From Alphaproteobacteria bacterium (GTDB lineage Bacteria; Pseudomonadota; Alphaproteobacteria; UBA828), in assembly GCA_965237415.1 (NCBI GenBank), contig CBDEFM010000001.1, positions 96,001 through 160,000 of the forward strand: a DNA stretch of 64,000 nucleotides. Reading direction: 5' to 3'. The translations under genes and the position numbers were made by a program. Below, piece after piece: positions 50,642 through 60,134 of the stretch. Every line of letters begins with the position of its first letter. Positions within the stretch are counted from its first letter, which is position 1. Below the pieces are notes generated by a model. It worked only from the letters and a program-made list of their open reading frames with translations, ran no database searches and was not told the origin of the DNA.

Positions 50642-51717
50642 CCGTCTCGCCGACCACCGGGCCGTCTCTCACCGTCATCGGCGAGAACATCCACTGCACG
50701 CGCGTCGCGCTGCGCAAGGGCAAGCGCATCGCCGAGCGCGATGGCGCCGAGACGATCCTCTACCGCACGGCCGAGGGGGAGGAGCGCGCGCTCCCGGTCA
50801 CTGAGGAGTCCAAGCGAACCAAGGACTACGAGGAGGGGCGGGTCAAGCACGTCCAGGTCGCGATCGAGACCGCGATGGAGACGGCGGCGAGCGATCCGCC
50901 GGGCGATCCGGCCGAGGGCCTGCGCTATATCGAGGCTCTGGTGCGCCATCAGGAGCTGGCGGGCGCCGCATTCCTCGACCTCAACGTGGACGAGATCTCG
51001 CCCAAGCTCGCGGTGCAGACCGGCGCCATGACCTGGCTCGCCGCGACTGTCCAGGGGATGACGGCGCTGCCGATCTCCGTCGATTCCTCCAGCGTCGACG
51101 TGATTCGCGCGGGGCTGGAGGCGATTGCGCCGGCGCAGGCGCGCCCGATGCTCAACTCCGCCTCGCTGGAGCGGCTGGAGGCCCTCGACCTCGCACGGGC
51201 GCACGACTGCCGCGTGGTGGTGACCGCCGCCGGCGAGCGGGGCATGCCGAATGGCGCCGAGGAGCGGGTGGCGAACGCCTCGCGGATGGTCGAGGCTGCG
51301 CTCTCCAAGGGCTTTGCCATCGGCGATCTCTACATCGACCCGCTGGTCTTCCCCATCTCGGTCGATTCCCGCTTCGGCCACCACTGCCTCGATGCGATCC
51401 GGAGCTTACGCGCCCGCTTCGGCGCGGGCATCCACATCACCGGCGGCATGAGCAACGTCTCCTTCGGCTTGCCGGCCCGCAAGCTGCTCAACGAGCTGTT
51501 CGTCCTGCTCGCGGTGGAAGCCGGCGCCGACGGCGGCATCCTGGACCCGGTGGCGAGCCCGCCGGAGGCGATCCTCGCCATCGACCGCGAAGACCCCCGC
51601 TACCAGCTCGCCGAGGACGTGATGCTGGGGCGCGACGAGCACTGCAGGGCCTATATCCGCGCCTGGCGGAAGGGCCGGCTCGCGGCCGGTCGCGCCGACA
51701 GGCGCGCGGCCGATTGA
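50638..51717 (+). CDS. Methyltetrahydrofolate:corrinoid methyltransferase (AcsE/MT2, pterin-binding)
   Basis: IGENIH, LDLN, ISVDS, MLNS, IDPL, GMSNVSFGLPARKLLN; ATGA overlap with the activator gene. Confidence 0.88.
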   Translation: MTVSPTTGPSLTVIGENIHCTRVALRKGKRIAERDGAETILYRTAEGEERALPVTEESKRTKDYEEGRVKHVQVAIETAMETAASDPPGDPAEGLRYIEALVRHQELAGAAFLDLNVDEISPKLAVQTGAMTWLAATVQGMTALPISVDSSSVDVIRAGLEAIAPAQARPMLNSASLERLEALDLARAHDCRVVVTAAGERGMPNGAEERVANASRMVEAALSKGFAIGDLYIDPLVFPISVDSRFGHHCLDAIRSLRARFGAGIHITGGMSNVSFGLPARKLLNELFVLLAVEAGADGGILDPVASPPEAILAIDREDPRYQLAEDVMLGRDEHCRAYIRAWRKGRLAAGRADRRAAD

Positions 51718-51736
51718 GGGAGAGGAAACCCGCGCC

Positions 51737-52138
51737 ATGACCGAGACCGACCGGCCACCGCAAGACGAGCCTGCGCTCCGCACGCTGGCCATGCCCGCCG
51801 ACGCCAACCCCAACGGCGACATCTTCGGCGGCTGGGTGCTGGCGCAGATGGACCTCGCCGGCGGCGTTGTGGCGGCGCGGCGCGCCGGCGGGCGCATGGT
51901 TACGGTTGCGGTCGAGGCGATGCGCTTCCACGCGCCGATCGCCATCGGCGACCTTGTGACCTGCTACGCCCGGGTAACGAAGACCGGGCGGACCTCGATC
52001 ACCGTCGCCATCGAGACCTGGGCGCGCCGGCGGCGCGGTCCTAAGGAGGTGAGGGTGACCGAGGGCACCTTCATCTATGTCGCGATCGACGAAGAGGGCC
52101 GCCCCCGCCCCCTCCCCGACGAGACCGCGGAGGGCTGA
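51737..52138 (+). CDS. Acyl-CoA thioesterase (YciA-like hotdog fold)
   Basis: MPADANPNGDIFGGW.L.QMD, GRTSI, YVAID. Confidence 0.92.
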   Translation: MTETDRPPQDEPALRTLAMPADANPNGDIFGGWVLAQMDLAGGVVAARRAGGRMVTVAVEAMRFHAPIAIGDLVTCYARVTKTGRTSITVAIETWARRRRGPKEVRVTEGTFIYVAIDEEGRPRPLPDETAEG

Positions 52139-52171
52139 CGGCGGAGCTTGCTGTCGCCGCAATCCTTCGCG

Positions 52172-53617
52172 TCAGGAGGGGATGCTGGCGGCGGGATCGT
52201 GGGCCGGGTCGAGGCCGCGAATGACGACGCAGGGCATGGGCGCAGCGCGAAGCACCTTGCACGCCCGCTTGGCGTCGCTCTTGTAGAGCCCCAGGAATCG
52301 CGCCCGATAGAGGGTGCCGGGGCCCACCGCACTGGATTCGAGCATCGCTGCTGCGCCGTTGAGGGAGGGCGCGCGTGCCGTCGCCCGGCGCATGGCGATT
52401 TGAGCTGCCGTGATCGACTCGTAGGCGCCCACCTGAATGCCCCAGGGGCGGGCGGTCACCGAGTCTGCCTCGAACGTGTTGGCCGGCGATTTGGTCCCGG
52501 ACGCAACCGTCGCCCTCGCGACCGTCGGCGCCACAACCCCGGGCTTGGAGGGCGGAGGCGGCGGGCCCGAAGCGACATCGGCCTGCACCGCCTCGGCACT
52601 CTCGATCGGCTCGGCCGGAGGCGCCGCGGCACCTTCGGCCAGTTCGGGCGGCTGGGCCGCCGCAACCAGGATTGCTGCAGGCTTGAAGCGCGCGGTCGGC
52701 GCGGCCAAGCCGGAGCCTGCCGGTGGCCGCGGAATGCCCGCATAACGGACGCGGCCACGCGCGGCGTCGCGCTCGGCGATCCGCGTGAAGCCGAGGTCGA
52801 GAAGATTGGCCATGTGACTGTTGCGCGAGCTCGCGGTCTTGCCGCCAAAGACCACCGCGATGACGCGCCGGCTGTCGCGCTCCGCCGACGCCACGAGGTT
52901 GAACCCCGAGGCGCGAATGTAGCCGGTCTTTATGCCGTCCATGCCGCGGTAACGACCCAGCAGCCTGTTCGGCGTGCGATGCTCCCTCCCCCTGTAGCCG
53001 AAGCGCTCGTCGTCGAAATAGTGGTAGCGGTGCGGGAAATCCCGCATCAGGGCGCGCGCGAGCTGCGCCATGTCCCGCGCCGTGCTGCGCTGCTTCCGGT
53101 TCGGCAAGCCGGACGCATTGCGGAAGGTGGTTCGAGTCATACCCAACGTCCGGGCCTTGCTGGTCATCTTCTGGGCAAACTTGACCTCCGTTCCGCCCAA
53201 CGCCTCGGCGACCACCACGGCGATATCGTTGGCCGACTTGACCACCAACGCCCTGATCGCGTCCTCGACGCGGATCGTCGAGCCGGCGCTAGGCCCGAGC
53301 TTCGACGGCGGCTGCCCCGCCGCCCGCTTGGAGACCTTCAGCTTGGAGTCGAGGCTGAGCCGCCCCTGGTCGATCGCCTCGAAGAACAAGTAGAGGGTCA
53401 TCATCTTGGTCAGCGACGCCGGATACCTGCGTATATCGGCGTTGCGGGAGCGCAAGACCTCGCCTGTTTCGGCGTCGATGACGATGGACGCGTAACGCGC
53501 CTGCGCCGTCTCGGCGGCGAAGACTTGAGACAATGCCAGGACGCAGAGTGAGAGCACGAGGGCGAGCACGATGGAGCCCGGCCGTGAGATTCTTCTTCTT
53601 TTTCGCCGCGCTTCCAC
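52172..53617 (-). CDS. D-alanyl-D-alanine carboxypeptidase (S11) with C-terminal SPOR domain
   Basis: ASLTK, KSAND, IKTGY; WGIQVGAY...LYRARF. Confidence 0.92.
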   Translation of the reverse strand: MEARRKRRRISRPGSIVLALVLSLCVLALSQVFAAETAQARYASIVIDAETGEVLRSRNADIRRYPASLTKMMTLYLFFEAIDQGRLSLDSKLKVSKRAAGQPPSKLGPSAGSTIRVEDAIRALVVKSANDIAVVVAEALGGTEVKFAQKMTSKARTLGMTRTTFRNASGLPNRKQRSTARDMAQLARALMRDFPHRYHYFDDERFGYRGREHRTPNRLLGRYRGMDGIKTGYIRASGFNLVASAERDSRRVIAVVFGGKTASSRNSHMANLLDLGFTRIAERDAARGRVRYAGIPRPPAGSGLAAPTARFKPAAILVAAAQPPELAEGAAAPPAEPIESAEAVQADVASGPPPPPSKPGVVAPTVARATVASGTKSPANTFEADSVTARPWGIQVGAYESITAAQIAMRRATARAPSLNGAAAMLESSAVGPGTLYRARFLGLYKSDAKRACKVLRAAPMPCVVIRGLDPAHDPAASIPS

Positions 53618-53752
53618 GTCCGCCCCGCCCCGCCGCCGACTCGATACGGCGTTCCATATGGGTTCAAAGCGGGGCGCCCGTCAAGAAAAGCCTGTGGAAG
53701 ATGGTTTGGAAGTCGTTGATTCGGCGCCATCTCTGGCCAAGATCGGCCACTC

Positions 53753-55147
53753 TCAGAAGTCGGGCGGATCGACGCCACTCGACCGGAGTTGCACGACGAG
53801 ATCGTCCTTCAAGCGCCGCAAGGCGGCATCGTCCGCAGCCTCGCAACGAGCCACCAACATGGGCTGGGTGTTGGATGCGCGCAGCAGCCACCAGCCGTCC
53901 GCGCTTTCGGCCCTGACACCGTCGATGGCGGTGAACGCCGCACCGGCGGCGCTGAGCCGCGCGCGGACCTCGTCGGCGACCTGGAACTTACGCTCATCCG
54001 GGCAGGGGAAGCGGACCTCGGGCGTGCTCACCTGGCGCGGCAGGTCGGCCCTGAGCGCTGCGAGCGAGCGCCCCTCGCCGGCGATCAGCCGCAGCAGCCG
54101 GAGGGCGGCATAGAGCGCATCGTCGAATCCGTAGTAGCGATCGGCGAAGAAGATGTGGCCGCTCATCTCGCCTGCGAGCGGTGCGCCCACCTCCGCCATC
54201 TTCGCCTTGATCGGCGCGTGGCCCGATCGCCACATCAGGGGCGTGCCGCCGAGACGGGCGATTTCGTCGAACAGGACCCGGCTCGCCTTGACGTCGCCGA
54301 TGACGGTGGCACCCGGGCGTTCGCGCAGCACCTCGCGGGCGAGCAAGGCCACGAGCTGATCGCCCCAGAGAATGTCGCCGGCTCCGTCCACGACTCCGAT
54401 ACGGTCGCCATCGCCATCGAAGGCGATGCCGAGATCGCAGCGCTCGGCCCGCACGGTATCGATCAATTGAGACAGGTTCTCCGCCACCGTGGGATCCGGG
54501 TGGTGGGCGGGAAAAGTCCCGTCGACCGCAGCGTTCAGCAGGATATGACGACCCGGGAGACCGTCCGTGAGCGCGCCGAGCACCGCGCCAGCGGCGCCGT
54601 TGCCGGCATCCCACGCCACGGTGAACGATCCCTCGCCTGCCTCGACGAGAAGGCGCGCGACATACGGCCCGGCAAGATCGGCTCCCGTCGCCCTGCCCGT
54701 GCTGCCCGCCAAGGCGTCGCCGGCGGCGACGGTCTGCGCCAGTTCCTCGATGTCCGGACCGAAGAACGGACGGCCGCCCAGCACCATCTTGACGCCGTTG
54801 TAGGCCGGTGGGTTGTGCGAACCCGTGATCATCATGCCGCCGTCGCTCTGACGCTCGTGGACGGCGAAGTAGAGCATCGGGGTCGGGCCAACGCCGATAC
54901 GGAGCACGTCGGCGCCGGCGGCGGTGAGTCCCTCGATCAGATGGGCCTCCAAGTCCGGCGAGCTCAGCCTGCCGTCGCGACCCACACAGATGAGCGGCGG
55001 CCGACCGGTGGCTGACCGGCGCCGCGCGATGGTGGCGAAGCCCCGGCCGATGGCGGCCATGTCGGCCCCGGTCAGCGTCTCGCCGACGATCCCCCTGATG
55101 TCGTACGCGCCGAGGATCGCCGGGTTGAGCGCATGACCTGCGCTCAT
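53753..55147 (-). CDS. Phosphomannomutase/phosphoglucomutase
   Basis: YDIRG, TGSHNP, FDGDGDR, GEMSGH, RASNTQP. Confidence 0.95.
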   Translation of the reverse strand: MSAGHALNPAILGAYDIRGIVGETLTGADMAAIGRGFATIARRRSATGRPPLICVGRDGRLSSPDLEAHLIEGLTAAGADVLRIGVGPTPMLYFAVHERQSDGGMMITGSHNPPAYNGVKMVLGGRPFFGPDIEELAQTVAAGDALAGSTGRATGADLAGPYVARLLVEAGEGSFTVAWDAGNGAAGAVLGALTDGLPGRHILLNAAVDGTFPAHHPDPTVAENLSQLIDTVRAERCDLGIAFDGDGDRIGVVDGAGDILWGDQLVALLAREVLRERPGATVIGDVKASRVLFDEIARLGGTPLMWRSGHAPIKAKMAEVGAPLAGEMSGHIFFADRYYGFDDALYAALRLLRLIAGEGRSLAALRADLPRQVSTPEVRFPCPDERKFQVADEVRARLSAAGAAFTAIDGVRAESADGWWLLRASNTQPMLVARCEAADDAALRRLKDDLVVQLRSSGVDPPDF

Positions 55148-56460
55148 GGAGAGGCCGCCGGCCGGCCGACGCTCACGTAGCGAATGCCGGCGTCGGCCAC
55201 CTCACTCGGCTCGTAGATGTTGCGGAGATCGATCATAAGCGGCGTCTTGAGCAGCCCCCGCACGCGGTCAAGGTCGAGCGCCCTGAACTCGTTCCACTCG
55301 GTGAGGATGACCAGCGCATCGGCGCCTGCCATCGCGTCGTAGGAGTCCCGGCACCAGACGACGCCGTCGAGAACCTGCCGGGCCTCCGCCATGCCGGCGG
55401 GATCGAAGGCCCGGATCGTTGCCCCTTGCGCCATGAGCCCCGGCACGATCACGAGGCTCGGGCTCTCCCTCACATCGTCGGTGTTGGGCTTGAACGTGAC
55501 GCCGAGCACGGCGATGGTCTTGCCAGCGACGGAGTCGCCGCAGGCCTGCACGATCTTGTCGACCATCGCTGCCTTACGCTCGCTATTCTTGCGCAGCACG
55601 GCCTCAACGATGCCGCTGGGCGCGCCCGCTTCCTCGGCGATACGCACGAAGGCCGCCGCATCCTTGGGGAAGCAGGAGCCGCCGAAGCCGGGGCCTGCGT
55701 GCAGGAAGTACCGCCCGATGCGGCCGTCGAGGCCGATGCCCTTGGCTACGTCCTGAACGTCGGCGCCCAGCCGCTCGCACAGGTCGGCAATCTCGTTGAT
55801 GAAGGTGATCTTGGTCGCCAGGAAGCAGTTGGCGGCGTACTTTATGAGTTCAGCCGTCTCGAGCGTGGTGAAGAGCACCGGCGTCTCGGCGAGGAACAGA
55901 GGCCTGTAGAGCGCCCGCATGACCGCCTGCGCCCGTTCGGACTCGACACCGACGACGACCCGGTCGGGGCGCATAAAGTCGCCGATCGCGGAGCCCTCGC
56001 GCAGGAACTCCGGATTCGAGACCGCATCGAACGAAGCGTCAGGCCGTCGCTCCCGAATGATGCGCGCGATCTCGCGCCCGGTGCCGACGGGCACCGTCGA
56101 TTTCGTCGCGACGACGGTGTAGCCGTCGAGGGCGTCCGCGACCTGGCGCGCCGCCTCATGGATATGGGTAAGGTCGGCGTGGCCATCGCCGCGCCGGCTC
56201 GGCGTGCCGACGGCCAGCATCACCACATCGGCCGCCGGTACGGCGGCGGCCAAGTCCTCGGTAAAGGAGAGGCGTCCGGCGGCAACATTTGCCGCGAGCA
56301 GCGGCTCCAGCCCCGGCTCGTAGATCGGCACCCGCCCGGCGCGGAGCGCCGCAATCCTCTCCGACTCGGAATCGACGCAGGACACGGTTAGCCCGAATTC
56401 CGAGAAACAGGCCGCCGACACCAGGCCGACATACCCGGCACCAATCATCGCAACGCGCAT
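55144..56460 (-). CDS. ugd: UDP-glucose 6-dehydrogenase
   Basis: GAGYVG, KSTVP, NPEFLREG, GFGGSCFPKD, FKPNTDD.R. Confidence 0.95.
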   Translation of the reverse strand: MRVAMIGAGYVGLVSAACFSEFGLTVSCVDSESERIAALRAGRVPIYEPGLEPLLAANVAAGRLSFTEDLAAAVPAADVVMLAVGTPSRRGDGHADLTHIHEAARQVADALDGYTVVATKSTVPVGTGREIARIIRERRPDASFDAVSNPEFLREGSAIGDFMRPDRVVVGVESERAQAVMRALYRPLFLAETPVLFTTLETAELIKYAANCFLATKITFINEIADLCERLGADVQDVAKGIGLDGRIGRYFLHAGPGFGGSCFPKDAAAFVRIAEEAGAPSGIVEAVLRKNSERKAAMVDKIVQACGDSVAGKTIAVLGVTFKPNTDDVRESPSLVIVPGLMAQGATIRAFDPAGMAEARQVLDGVVWCRDSYDAMAGADALVILTEWNEFRALDLDRVRGLLKTPLMIDLRNIYEPSEVADAGIRYVSVGRPAASP

Positions 56461-56502
56461 GGCGGTGCTCCCCGATCAAGGTCCCGCGTGCTACGTGCCG
56501 CC

Positions 56503-57381
56503 CTACGAGGCCGGCACGATCTCACGCAGAAAAGGCAAAAGATCCTGCTTCAGCGCCGGCCTCTCCAGGGCGCACGCGATCGTCGCTTGCAGAAATCCAG
56601 CCGGGCTCCCGCAATCGAAACGTCGGCCGGTGAAGCGTACGCCGTGAAACGGCTCTTCCCGCACCATCGAGGCCATGGCGTCGGTCAGCTGAATCTCCCC
56701 GCCTGCGCCCGGCCCCTGCGCGGCAAGCCGCGTGAAGACGCCCGGTTGCAGAACATAGCGGCCGATGAGCGCGAGCCGCGACGGCGCGCGGTCGGGGTCC
56801 GGCTTCTCCACCATGCCCGAAAGGGTGACGGTGCGCCCATCCTCGGCTGCAACCTCGACGATCCCGTATCGGCAGGTCTCGGCCTGCGCCACCTCGGCTA
56901 GCGCCACCACGCTCCCCCCTGTCCGGCGGTGAACCTCGACGAGCTCCGCGAGACAGGGCGGGTCCGCCACGAGCAGTTCGTCCGGAAGCAGCACCGCAAA
57001 CGGTTCGTCGCCAACGAGATGCCGCGCACAAAGGACGGCATGGCCCAAGCCCAGCGGCTTCTCTTGCTGCGTGAACGCAGCGGTGCCGGGCGCGAGGACC
57101 GCGCTCGCTGCGAGCGCCAGGGCCGTGTCGTCTTTGCGTTCCGCAAGATACGCGTCGAGCTCCTCGTCGCGATCGAAATGATTCCTGATCGCCGCTTCTC
57201 CCCGGCCGGTGACGAAGATGATCTCCTCGATCCCCGCCGCCCGCGCCTCCTCCACCGCGTATTGGATGAGCGGCTTGTCGACCACCGGCAGCATTACCTT
57301 GGGCACCGCCTTGCTCGCAGGCAGGAACCGCGTGGCCATGCCGGCGACCGGGAGCACGGCCTTCCTCACCGATGTTGCCAT
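56503..57381 (-). CDS. galU: UTP--glucose-1-phosphate uridylyltransferase
   Basis: PVAGMATRFLPASK, LGLGHAV, VEKP, GEIQLTDA. Confidence 0.93.
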   Translation of the reverse strand: MATSVRKAVLPVAGMATRFLPASKAVPKVMLPVVDKPLIQYAVEEARAAGIEEIIFVTGRGEAAIRNHFDRDEELDAYLAERKDDTALALAASAVLAPGTAAFTQQEKPLGLGHAVLCARHLVGDEPFAVLLPDELLVADPPCLAELVEVHRRTGGSVVALAEVAQAETCRYGIVEVAAEDGRTVTLSGMVEKPDPDRAPSRLALIGRYVLQPGVFTRLAAQGPGAGGEIQLTDAMASMVREEPFHGVRFTGRRFDCGSPAGFLQATIACALERPALKQDLLPFLREIVPAS

Positions 57382-57462
57382 TCCGAGGGCCTCGCCCCGC
57401 TGACCGACAGCGAACAGGGCGGAGATGTGCCACGGCGTCCGCAGCGCGGCAAGCCGCGCAAC

Positions 57463-58209
57463 TCAGCTGCCGAGCAGCAGCTCCTTCGCCTGATTGATCT
57501 TCGCCGCGAGATAGTTGGAGCCGCCGTGATCCGGATGGAGCTTACGCATCAAGGTGCGGTGCGCCTCCTTGATCTCCTCCGTACCGGCGCCGGGCGAGAG
57601 GCCCAGGATCTCGTAAGCCTCCTCGCGAGTCATCGGCGTGCGCCCGGTACTCTTGCTCCTGCGGCCCCAGCCTTGGCCCGTGCCGCCGGCAGCGCCGCGC
57701 TCGCGTTCGGCCTCTGCCTCGGCGCGCTCGCGCCAATCAGGGCCGAGGCTGCGGTCGAGATAGGCCTCCAACAGTCGCCGGCCCTCGTCGTCCCTCGAGC
57801 TGCACTCGTCGAAGAGGTCCAGAAGCTCGTGCTCCGAAAGCTCGTCGAGCCGGCGCCCGGCATGGCGCCCCTGTAGTACCGTGCCTTCCATCTCGCCGCT
57901 GTCATGGTCCAGCGTCATGCGGAAATAGGGAGTCTCGACATCGGAGCGCTGGCCGGCCGTGGGATGCGGATTCATCCGCCCCGCAGCCATGCGGCTCATG
58001 AACCAGGGCAGCCCGGTGAGCGCGAGAGGAAGAAGGGCGAGATGCGCCTTGCCGGTCACGCCGAGGAAGATCGTGGCCGCCGCCCCTGCGGCGATAAAGA
58101 CCCGCTTGACCCACTTCGCGAGGTTCGACGGGTTGGCCGTGGCGAACCAGCGGCTGAGCAGCACGACCAGCACCAGGAGCGCGAGCCCGAGAAGGACGTA
58201 GGCGACCAT
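57463..58209 (-). CDS. Membrane-anchored protein with C-terminal J domain
   Basis: N-terminal TM helices; EAYEILGL...[14 protein letters not shown]. Confidence 0.88.
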   Translation of the reverse strand: MVAYVLLGLALLVLVVLLSRWFATANPSNLAKWVKRVFIAAGAAATIFLGVTGKAHLALLPLALTGLPWFMSRMAAGRMNPHPTAGQRSDVETPYFRMTLDHDSGEMEGTVLQGRHAGRRLDELSEHELLDLFDECSSRDDEGRRLLEAYLDRSLGPDWRERAEAEAERERGAAGGTGQGWGRRSKSTGRTPMTREEAYEILGLSPGAGTEEIKEAHRTLMRKLHPDHGGSNYLAAKINQAKELLLGS

Positions 58210-58259
58210 CGCAAGAGCAGTCTAGCGGATCGGGCGGCGTGTGCAGCGGCGGAGCGTGC

Positions 58260-58970
58260 TCATTTGATCTGATGGGCGATCTGCAACACCGCCTCGCCGC
58301 GCTGGCGGCTGTAATCCTTGAGCGCCTTGCGTCCGCCGGCGGCATAGACCGCAACCGCGCCCAGCAGCTCCTTGAGCTGGCGCGCGCTCGACGCATCGAA
58401 GCGCAGATAGGCGCCGTTGGTGAGCCGCGCAATCTGGCGAAAGGCCAATGCTGCTGCCGGATCCGGCCCTTCGTGGAACATGAAGGCGGGAACCCCGCGC
58501 AGGCCGAGCTCTCCGGCGATGGCGCAGAGCTCGTCCACGTCCTCTTCCATGCTGTCGCCGACGAAGACGAGCGCGTGGACCCGCTGTGCCTGGGTTTCAT
58601 CTAGGGCGTGGCGCAGCACCTTGCGAATCTGGGTGTGGCCGCCGAGGCAGTGCACGGCTGTCATGGCCCGCACCAGGGCGCGCGATTCCTCCACCCAGCG
58701 GCTCGCCCGGCACTCGCCGAAGCCGCGATAGTAAACGAGCTGCACCGAGAGCCCGCCGAGCGCGGCCGTCGCGTCGAACATCTCCCCCTGGATCTGGCAG
58801 GCGCGGTCCCACGTCGGCTCCCGACTCGCCGTCGCGTCCATGGCGAAGATGAGACGTCCGGTCTCGCCATGCTTCACCGGCGCAGGAGTCGCCGCGACAC
58901 GGCGCAGGAAGGCATCGACATCCGCGCTGTCGTTACTGCCCTCAGTCGGTAGTTTCTTGTCGCGACTCAT
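58260..58970 (-). CDS. vWA-domain protein
   Basis: FAMDATASRE MIDAS-like motif, GGHTQI, FVGDSMEE. Confidence 0.82.
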   Translation of the reverse strand: MSRDKKLPTEGSNDSADVDAFLRRVAATPAPVKHGETGRLIFAMDATASREPTWDRACQIQGEMFDATAALGGLSVQLVYYRGFGECRASRWVEESRALVRAMTAVHCLGGHTQIRKVLRHALDETQAQRVHALVFVGDSMEEDVDELCAIAGELGLRGVPAFMFHEGPDPAAALAFRQIARLTNGAYLRFDASSARQLKELLGAVAVYAAGGRKALKDYSRQRGEAVLQIAHQIK

Positions 58971-58986
58971 GGCTTCCCCGTCCCCC

Positions 58987-59934
58987 CTATATGGGGACGA
59001 CCGGCAGCCGCGCCAGGCGCTCGGTCAGCATGGCGAAGAATCCTTCGGCATCGACCCGCTGCAGGACGCGGGCGTTGGCAGCGGCACCGGTGCGGCCGTG
59101 AACGTCGCAGACCGTCCGCCCGAAGCAGTGGCCGTCGTCGAGCTCGACATCGACCCGCATGGTGCGGCTCTCGAAGAGGTCGGGCGCCAGCAGGTAGGCG
59201 ATGACGCAGGGGTCGTGCATGGGCGCGCCGTGGTGGTAGGCCTCGACGTTGTTCGCGCCATAAAGGTCGAGCATCCCGCAGACGGCAGCCGACGGCGCTG
59301 TCCCGAGCGCGCGGATCGCCTCCAGCCTGGGCGGAGTCGCAATCGCCTGATGGGTGACGTCCAGCCCGATCATGGTGAGCGGCACGCCCGCCTCGAACAC
59401 CACATGCGCCGCGTGGGGATCGGCGTGGATGTTGAACTCGGCCGCCGGCGTGACGTTGCCGAGGCCGATCGCGCCCCCCATGGTCACGATCTCGCGCACG
59501 TTGGCGAGGATCGCCGGGTTCTTGACGATGGCCAGCGCGACATTGGTAAGGGGCCCAAGGGTCGCCAGCGTGATGGGTTCCGTCGCTGCCGTGAGCGTGT
59601 CCACCAGGAAATCCACCGCATGGGCCGCTTCCGCCGGTCGGCTCGGCTCGAGCAGGTCGGCGCCGTCGATCCCCGTCGGCCCGTGGATGTATTCGGCGGT
59701 CTCCGGCTCGCGCACCATGGGTCTCGGGCAGCCGGCATAGACCGGCACCTCGGGCCGGCCTGCCAGATCCCTGATCCGGCGGGCATTGTTCTCGGTCCGG
59801 GCCAGCGGCACGTTGCCCGCGACGGCGGTGATGCCGAGCAGATCGAATTCTTCGGCCGAGGCGAACGCGAGCAGGAGGGCGACGGCGTCGTCCTGGCCAG
59901 GGTCGCAGTCGATGATCAGCGGTCGTGCACTCAT
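58987..59934 (-). CDS. Nucleoside hydrolase (IU-NH/Rih family)
   Basis: DCDPGQDDA, AGN, HG, LGPLTN, MGG, AEFN, HDP. Confidence 0.94.
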   Translation of the reverse strand: MSARPLIIDCDPGQDDAVALLLAFASAEEFDLLGITAVAGNVPLARTENNARRIRDLAGRPEVPVYAGCPRPMVREPETAEYIHGPTGIDGADLLEPSRPAEAAHAVDFLVDTLTAATEPITLATLGPLTNVALAIVKNPAILANVREIVTMGGAIGLGNVTPAAEFNIHADPHAAHVVFEAGVPLTMIGLDVTHQAIATPPRLEAIRALGTAPSAAVCGMLDLYGANNVEAYHHGAPMHDPCVIAYLLAPDLFESRTMRVDVELDDGHCFGRTVCDVHGRTGAAANARVLQRVDAEGFFAMLTERLARLPVVPI

Positions 59935-60041
59935 GGCGATCCTGAATCATACCTAGCCGCGGGGGCGTCGGGTAGTGCCTCATAACGTAATAGCGGGCCT
60001 GGTTCCGTCAGCACGGAATACTCACCAATGTCACGGCCCGC

Positions 60042-60112
60042 GTCGCGCGGAACGCGCGCGGTGCCTTAGGTCGCGCGGAACGCGCGCGGTGAATTAGATC
60101 GCGCGGGACGCG
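60042..60112. repeat. 28-bp tandem repeat, about 2.5 copies
   Basis: GTCGCGCGGAACGCGCGCGGTGCCTTAG / GTCGCGCGGAACGCGCGCGGTGAATTAG / ATCGCGCGGGACGCG. Confidence 0.75.
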
Positions 60113-60134
60113 CTCGCCGCACTCTGGCCGCCAC

